Assembly: GCA_043809645.1 (NCBI GenBank)
Contig: JBDROX010000003.1
Span: 1 to 58,379 of the forward strand
Length of the DNA stretch: 58,379 nt
Reading direction: 5' to 3'
Source of the DNA: Candidatus Magasanikiibacteriota bacterium
GTDB lineage: Bacteria; Patescibacteriota; Patescibacteriia; Magasanikbacterales; UBA922
The number at the start of each line of letters is the position of its first letter. Positions within the stretch are counted from its first letter, which is position 1. Shown here piece after piece: positions 54,275-58,379 of this stretch. The notes under the pieces were generated by a model. That model worked only from the letters and a program-made list of their open reading frames with translations, was not told where the DNA came from and searched no databases. A program made the position numbers and the translations under genes.

Positions 54275-55150
54275 ATGCAATTCAAAATTCAAAATTCAAA
54301 ATTCAAAATATTTCTGGCTATTCTTTTCCTGAGCCTTTCAGTTTTTTTTGTTCGAGATGTAAGTGCGCTTCAAATATCTCCGGCAAAACAGGCCGTGGTT
54401 GTGAAGAATGGTGATGTTCAGATAGTACCTGTCACCTTCATAAATGATGATGATAAAACCATGGTACTCACCCCAGAGGTGAGTGCGTTCACTACTCACC
54501 CAGAAACAGGAAGTCCGGTTTTTGATGTGTTTGATGAGGCCAAGTCATGGATACGAGTAGTACCACAGCGACTCCAACTTCTTCCCGGGCAGGAAGGCAT
54601 TTTTTCTTTTACTGTTTCTGTTCCAGAGAGCGCTGAAGAAAGAAGTCATTACCTAGGCCTCTTCGCAAAGAGTGCACCAGCAGCTGGGCAGGTTGGTGTG
54701 GGATCACGGCTCGGATCACTTCTTTTTCTTCATGTTGGTTTTTCTGCTCATGAGGAGTTGGCACCTCTTCACTTTGGCTCTGATACACGTTTTACATCTG
54801 GTTCTGATATTTTTCTTTCACTTATTTTAGAAAATACTGGATCCATTCATGTGATTCCAAGTGGTAGTATCAATTCAGTAGGGAATGAGCTTGCAAAGAT
54901 TAATATTGATAAACAAAAAGTACTTCCTGGAGCGAAAATACAGGAAACATATCAAGTTAAAGATATTTCAAAATTAAAAATAGGAAAGAACAATATTCAT
55001 GCAACTGTTCTATATGGACTTACAGGCCAAGAGTTACGTACGCAGGCATCAGTCTGGTATGTGCCGCTTACATTAATTCTAAGTGGATTAGGTGGGGTGC
55101 TTATTTTGTTACTCCTTGTATTTTTTATCAAAAGAAAAAGACGATCATAG
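54275..55150 (+). CDS. DUF916-like two-domain protein with C-terminal membrane anchor
   Basis: LQISP, SWI...LLPGQ...F.VSVP, LENTGSIH..P.G, C-terminal TM followed by KRKRRS. Confidence 0.7.
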   Translation: MQFKIQNSKFKIFLAILFLSLSVFFVRDVSALQISPAKQAVVVKNGDVQIVPVTFINDDDKTMVLTPEVSAFTTHPETGSPVFDVFDEAKSWIRVVPQRLQLLPGQEGIFSFTVSVPESAEERSHYLGLFAKSAPAAGQVGVGSRLGSLLFLHVGFSAHEELAPLHFGSDTRFTSGSDIFLSLILENTGSIHVIPSGSINSVGNELAKINIDKQKVLPGAKIQETYQVKDISKLKIGKNNIHATVLYGLTGQELRTQASVWYVPLTLILSGLGGVLILLLLVFFIKRKRRS

Positions 55151-55151
55151 T

Positions 55152-57422
55152 ATGAGTGTTGGCAGTTTTAAAAAAAGAATAAGTTTTTTGCTTGGCACTA
55201 CTGCTGCAGTGTTGTTTTTTTCTCTATCACTTGGTTCGGTTTTTGCAGCAACAGAAGACGTGACTATTGATGCGACTGTGCCATCTACTGCGCCAGTATG
55301 TGGAAACAATGTCGTTGAGGGAGCAGAAGAGTGTGATGATGGAAATACCTCTGGTGGTGATGGCTGTAGTGCTATCTGCGAAACAGAAAGTGGAAGTCCA
55401 CCACCCCCACCCCCAGTTCCAGTATGTGGGAATGGTATTCCAGAATTAGGAGAGGAGTGTGATGACGGAAATACCTCTGGTGGTGATGGCTGTAGTGCAA
55501 TTTGTGCTATTGAGTCTTCTGCTGTATGTGGCAATAGTCTCCTCGAAGGTGCAGAAACCTGTGATGACGGAAATTTCCTGGCTGGCGATGGGTGTAGCGC
55601 CTTTTGCACAATAGAGCCCCCTCCTGTATGTGGCAATGGGTCCTTGGAAGTTTTGGAAGAGTGTGATGACGGAAATACCTCTGGTGGTGACGGATGTTCA
55701 GCGCTCTGTATAACAGAACTTCCTCCTGCAGTATGCGGGGATAGTTTTGTTGAGAGCGCAGAAGAGTGTGATGATGGAAATACCTCTGGTGGTGACGGAT
55801 GTTCAGCGCTCTGCTTCATTGAGGCTCCAATTGGTGTTTGCGGTGATGGAGGTCTTCATGCAGGGGAAGAGTGTGATGACGGTAACAATATCAATGGTGA
55901 TGGTTGCTCGGCAATGTGTTTTATAGAAGGAGTTTTTCCTGTGTGCGGTGATGGTCTTGTTGGAGGAAGTGAACAGTGTGATGACGGAAATAATAATAGT
56001 GGAGATGGGTGCAATGCAGCGTGTCAAATAGAGACAGTCCTGCCACCTGTCCCACCAGGTACAGAGCCCCCAACAACACCTGGTCCAGGTGGGCCAGGTT
56101 ACCTTCTTTATTGTGGAAATGGTGAGTTAGAAGAAGATGAGGCATGTGATGACGGAAATATTATTTCTGGAGATGGGTGCAGTGAGATTTGTGAAGTAGA
56201 GGACGAAGACGATATTGTTACAGAGCCAGATGAACAGCCTGATGAGAAGCAAGGAGCCATTGCCGGTGCTGTGGATGCAGTCTCAGGGGTGATTTCTTCT
56301 ATACTTCCAGATAGCGCTTCTGCACAGATTGCATCAATTACAAAAACAATATCTGAAGGTATTGACCAAGCACAGGAGTTGGCCGATAATCCAACAGTAG
56401 AAAAAGTTACAGAATCAGTGGTGGCTCCAGCTATTGTTACTGCTGTTGCTGCTGCGGTTCTTCCTTCGCTTTGGTCAATATTATTTCCCTTCCTTCGCTT
56501 TCTTTTCTTGCAGCCTCTCCTCCTTTTTGGTAGGCGAAGACGAAAAGATTGGGGAACTGTCTACAATAGTTTGAATAAGTTGCCAGTTGATCTTGCTATA
56601 GTACGTCTGATTCACAAGGCTACAAATAAAGTTGTGCGCTCTCGTGTCACAGATAAGTCTGGACGATACCTTTTTCGTGCTCAAAAAGGAGAGTATGTTC
56701 TTGAGGTTGTGAAAAATGGCTTTACATTTCCAACACAGATTCTTCAGTCAGTTCAGTCTGACGGAGAAATGGTTGATATTTATCATGGAGAGATCATTAG
56801 TGTGTCAGAGAATGACACAAAGATAACTCCAAATATTCCAATCGATCCAATCGGGGCAGCGAAAACCCCAAAACGTATTCTTTGGGAAGGGAGACTCAGA
56901 ATTCTTCAGCATGTGCTGTCATTGGGTGGTGTTATGGCAAGTCTTATTGCATTGTATATTTCTTCCACGCCACTACTTTGGGGCTTTTTGATTATTCACA
57001 TAGTTTTGTATGCATTTTTCTTGCGCTTTATTAAGCCAAAAAAACCAAATGGCTGGGGTATTGTCTACGATGAAGCTGACGAAAAGCCGATTGGGCGTGC
57101 TGTGGCACGACTTTTTTCCAAGGAGTACAGCAAACTTGTGTCAACAGAGCTTACTGACAGTAATGGGCACTATGTTTTTCTCGCTGGCCCTAGTGATTAT
57201 TATGTAACTTTTGAGAAGGACGGTTATATTGATGCAACCAAAGAAGTAACTGTTGAAGCAAAAGAAGAAGTTGTAAAGGAGCGAGTTGGTCTTAAGAAAA
57301 GTTCTATAGATTCAAATTCTAGCATAAATAGGATAGAACCTGTTGATTCAGCAGAAGCACATGTTGGTGGGTCTCAAATCGAGCAGAAAAGTGATGTTGT
57401 TATTGAAAAACCTGAAAAATAA
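55152..57422 (+). CDS. Membrane protein with eight Myxococcus-type cysteine-rich repeats and two carboxypeptidase-regulatory-like domains
   Basis: 8 x CG(N/D)...E.CDDGN...GDGC...C; TM segments; WG.VY....K.P...A..RL...TD..G.Y.F twice. Confidence 0.88.
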   Translation: MSVGSFKKRISFLLGTTAAVLFFSLSLGSVFAATEDVTIDATVPSTAPVCGNNVVEGAEECDDGNTSGGDGCSAICETESGSPPPPPPVPVCGNGIPELGEECDDGNTSGGDGCSAICAIESSAVCGNSLLEGAETCDDGNFLAGDGCSAFCTIEPPPVCGNGSLEVLEECDDGNTSGGDGCSALCITELPPAVCGDSFVESAEECDDGNTSGGDGCSALCFIEAPIGVCGDGGLHAGEECDDGNNINGDGCSAMCFIEGVFPVCGDGLVGGSEQCDDGNNNSGDGCNAACQIETVLPPVPPGTEPPTTPGPGGPGYLLYCGNGELEEDEACDDGNIISGDGCSEICEVEDEDDIVTEPDEQPDEKQGAIAGAVDAVSGVISSILPDSASAQIASITKTISEGIDQAQELADNPTVEKVTESVVAPAIVTAVAAAVLPSLWSILFPFLRFLFLQPLLLFGRRRRKDWGTVYNSLNKLPVDLAIVRLIHKATNKVVRSRVTDKSGRYLFRAQKGEYVLEVVKNGFTFPTQILQSVQSDGEMVDIYHGEIISVSENDTKITPNIPIDPIGAAKTPKRILWEGRLRILQHVLSLGGVMASLIALYISSTPLLWGFLIIHIVLYAFFLRFIKPKKPNGWGIVYDEADEKPIGRAVARLFSKEYSKLVSTELTDSNGHYVFLAGPSDYYVTFEKDGYIDATKEVTVEAKEEVVKERVGLKKSSIDSNSSINRIEPVDSAEAHVGGSQIEQKSDVVIEKPEK

Positions 57423-57536
57423 TCTAGTTGATTCATTTTTCTCAGCACACATGGCGTGTTTTTTAAAACTGTGTATAAAGACGCAGAGAGTGGGTAACAC
57501 TGGGGAGAGAACTGTGGTATAATTGTGTATAGAAAT

Positions 57537-58379
57537 ATGCCACATGTGCGGGAGCGCAACTCTTTTTTGTATGAGTTTGCAAATTTTGTACATAGTGAAC
57601 TATCAGATACATCTGTGAAGCAAGATGAAAGAAAATTTAATTGGACACAGCAAGTTTTTGCTTCTTTTAGCATTACAATTTTTATTTGTCTTGTTTTTTT
57701 CTTTTTTCCACACCAGGCATTTGGTGAGACGAACGTTCCGAACGTCATTACCTACCAAGGAAAGCTTTATGATGGTGGTTCTGCTGTGACGACAAGTAAG
57801 GATATGAAGTTCCTTGTATATGATGCAGTGAGTGGTGGAAATCTTCTCTACACTGCCTCAGGAACTCTCATATCATCTTTGACAATTTCTGTCACACCAA
57901 CGAGCGGTGTCTTTGCAGTCGAGCTTGGTGGAACTGGGACGAACAGTCTTTCTCCTACCATTTTTCAAAATAATCAGAATTTATATCTGGAACTTGTCGT
58001 TTCAGGGACAACTCTTACTCCACGGAAGCAGCTGAGTGCGACACCATTTGCCATGAATTCTCAGTACCTGATGGGTGTAGCGGCAACGAGCACTGCATCG
58101 ACTTCAGAATATATTCCGATTTCAGATGGTAATGGATACTTCAATTTCACACGTGTTGGTGTGAATACAACAACACCTTCATATGGTCTTGGGGTTAATG
58201 GTACGGCACATGTGACTGGAGCTGCAACACTTGGCTCTACTCTTGGAGTGACTGGTGCTTCTACGTTTGCCGGTCTTCTCACTGCATACAACTCTACACT
58301 TGGAACAGTTACAGTAACCAGCACACTCACTGCAGCAGACCTTACCGCTTATCTTTCAACTATTGGAGGTCTCACTGTC
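57537..58379 (+). CDS. Large fibre/adhesin-like surface protein, 3' truncated by the window end (not in the ORF track)
   Basis: Frame open from ATG 57537 to the end; TM/signal, then PNVITYQGKL...F.VYDA.SGG...GVFAVELG...LYLEL...LTPR.QL.ATPFA, then VGVNTTTP and Thr/Gly-rich repeats. Confidence 0.85.
   Translation, partial: MPHVRERNSFLYEFANFVHSELSDTSVKQDERKFNWTQQVFASFSITIFICLVFFFFPHQAFGETNVPNVITYQGKLYDGGSAVTTSKDMKFLVYDAVSGGNLLYTASGTLISSLTISVTPTSGVFAVELGGTGTNSLSPTIFQNNQNLYLELVVSGTTLTPRKQLSATPFAMNSQYLMGVAATSTASTSEYIPISDGNGYFNFTRVGVNTTTPSYGLGVNGTAHVTGAATLGSTLGVTGASTFAGLLTAYNSTLGTVTVTSTLTAADLTAYLSTIGGLTV

Noticed and set aside
55290-56200. Recurring GAGTGTGATGA(T/C)GGAAATACCTCTGGTGGTGA as a CRISPR array or DGR repeat
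   Set aside because: Repeats are in-frame protein repeats with third-position variation; no cas or reverse transcriptase gene.
57470-57532. Second DnaA-box cluster
   Set aside because: Only TGTGTATAA fits the consensus; the other matches are weak and overlap a -10 element.
1-58379. Genome-wide UGA-to-Gly recoding (code 25), prompted by the TGA in tig
   Set aside because: Long genes are free of TGA, Gly is encoded normally, and TGA ends genes at expected positions (M23 gene NPLQYIR*, lspA, XRE).
57537-58379. Prophage tail-fibre gene
   Set aside because: Has an N-terminal membrane/signal segment and no phage structural neighbours; fits a cellular surface protein.

Overview
A 58.4-kb piece of a small, AT-leaning bacterial chromosome that spans the replication origin (yidD-rnpA-rpmH <- oriC -> dnaA-dnaN, with two parS sites about 20 kb to the right). 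Gene content and style point to Patescibacteria (CPR), probably a Parcubacteria-type lineage; this is inference from the sequence only. The indicators are archaeal-type ValRS, TrmB regulators, a lamin-tail/PKD surface protein, WxL/DUF916-like genes, a giant fibre-like surface protein, and core genes that mostly lack Shine-Dalgarno sites. The standard genetic code is used. The core includes valS, epmA-efp, tkt, tal, a TraR/DksA-family gene, lspA, comM, tig, a class A PBP, polA, holA, rpsT, rmuC and 11 tRNAs. Accessory DNA is of two kinds. One is low-GC blocks (1-3815, 11612-13600) marked by an attC-like site, 26-bp inverted repeats and a recurring C-rich-loop hairpin. The other is about ten single GC-rich orphan genes, usually with their own promoter, Shine-Dalgarno site and terminator, several of them broken. 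The most notable items are a secreted beta-barrel-like protein transcribed divergently from a TrmB regulator with three sensor repeats, a 25-nt terminator/promoter module reused ahead of two orphans, a candidate structured ncRNA of about 400 nt, and a TGA inside the trigger-factor GFRxGxxP motif. No database searches were possible, so family calls rest on recognised motifs. No CRISPR array, rRNA, transposase, integrase or prophage was seen.
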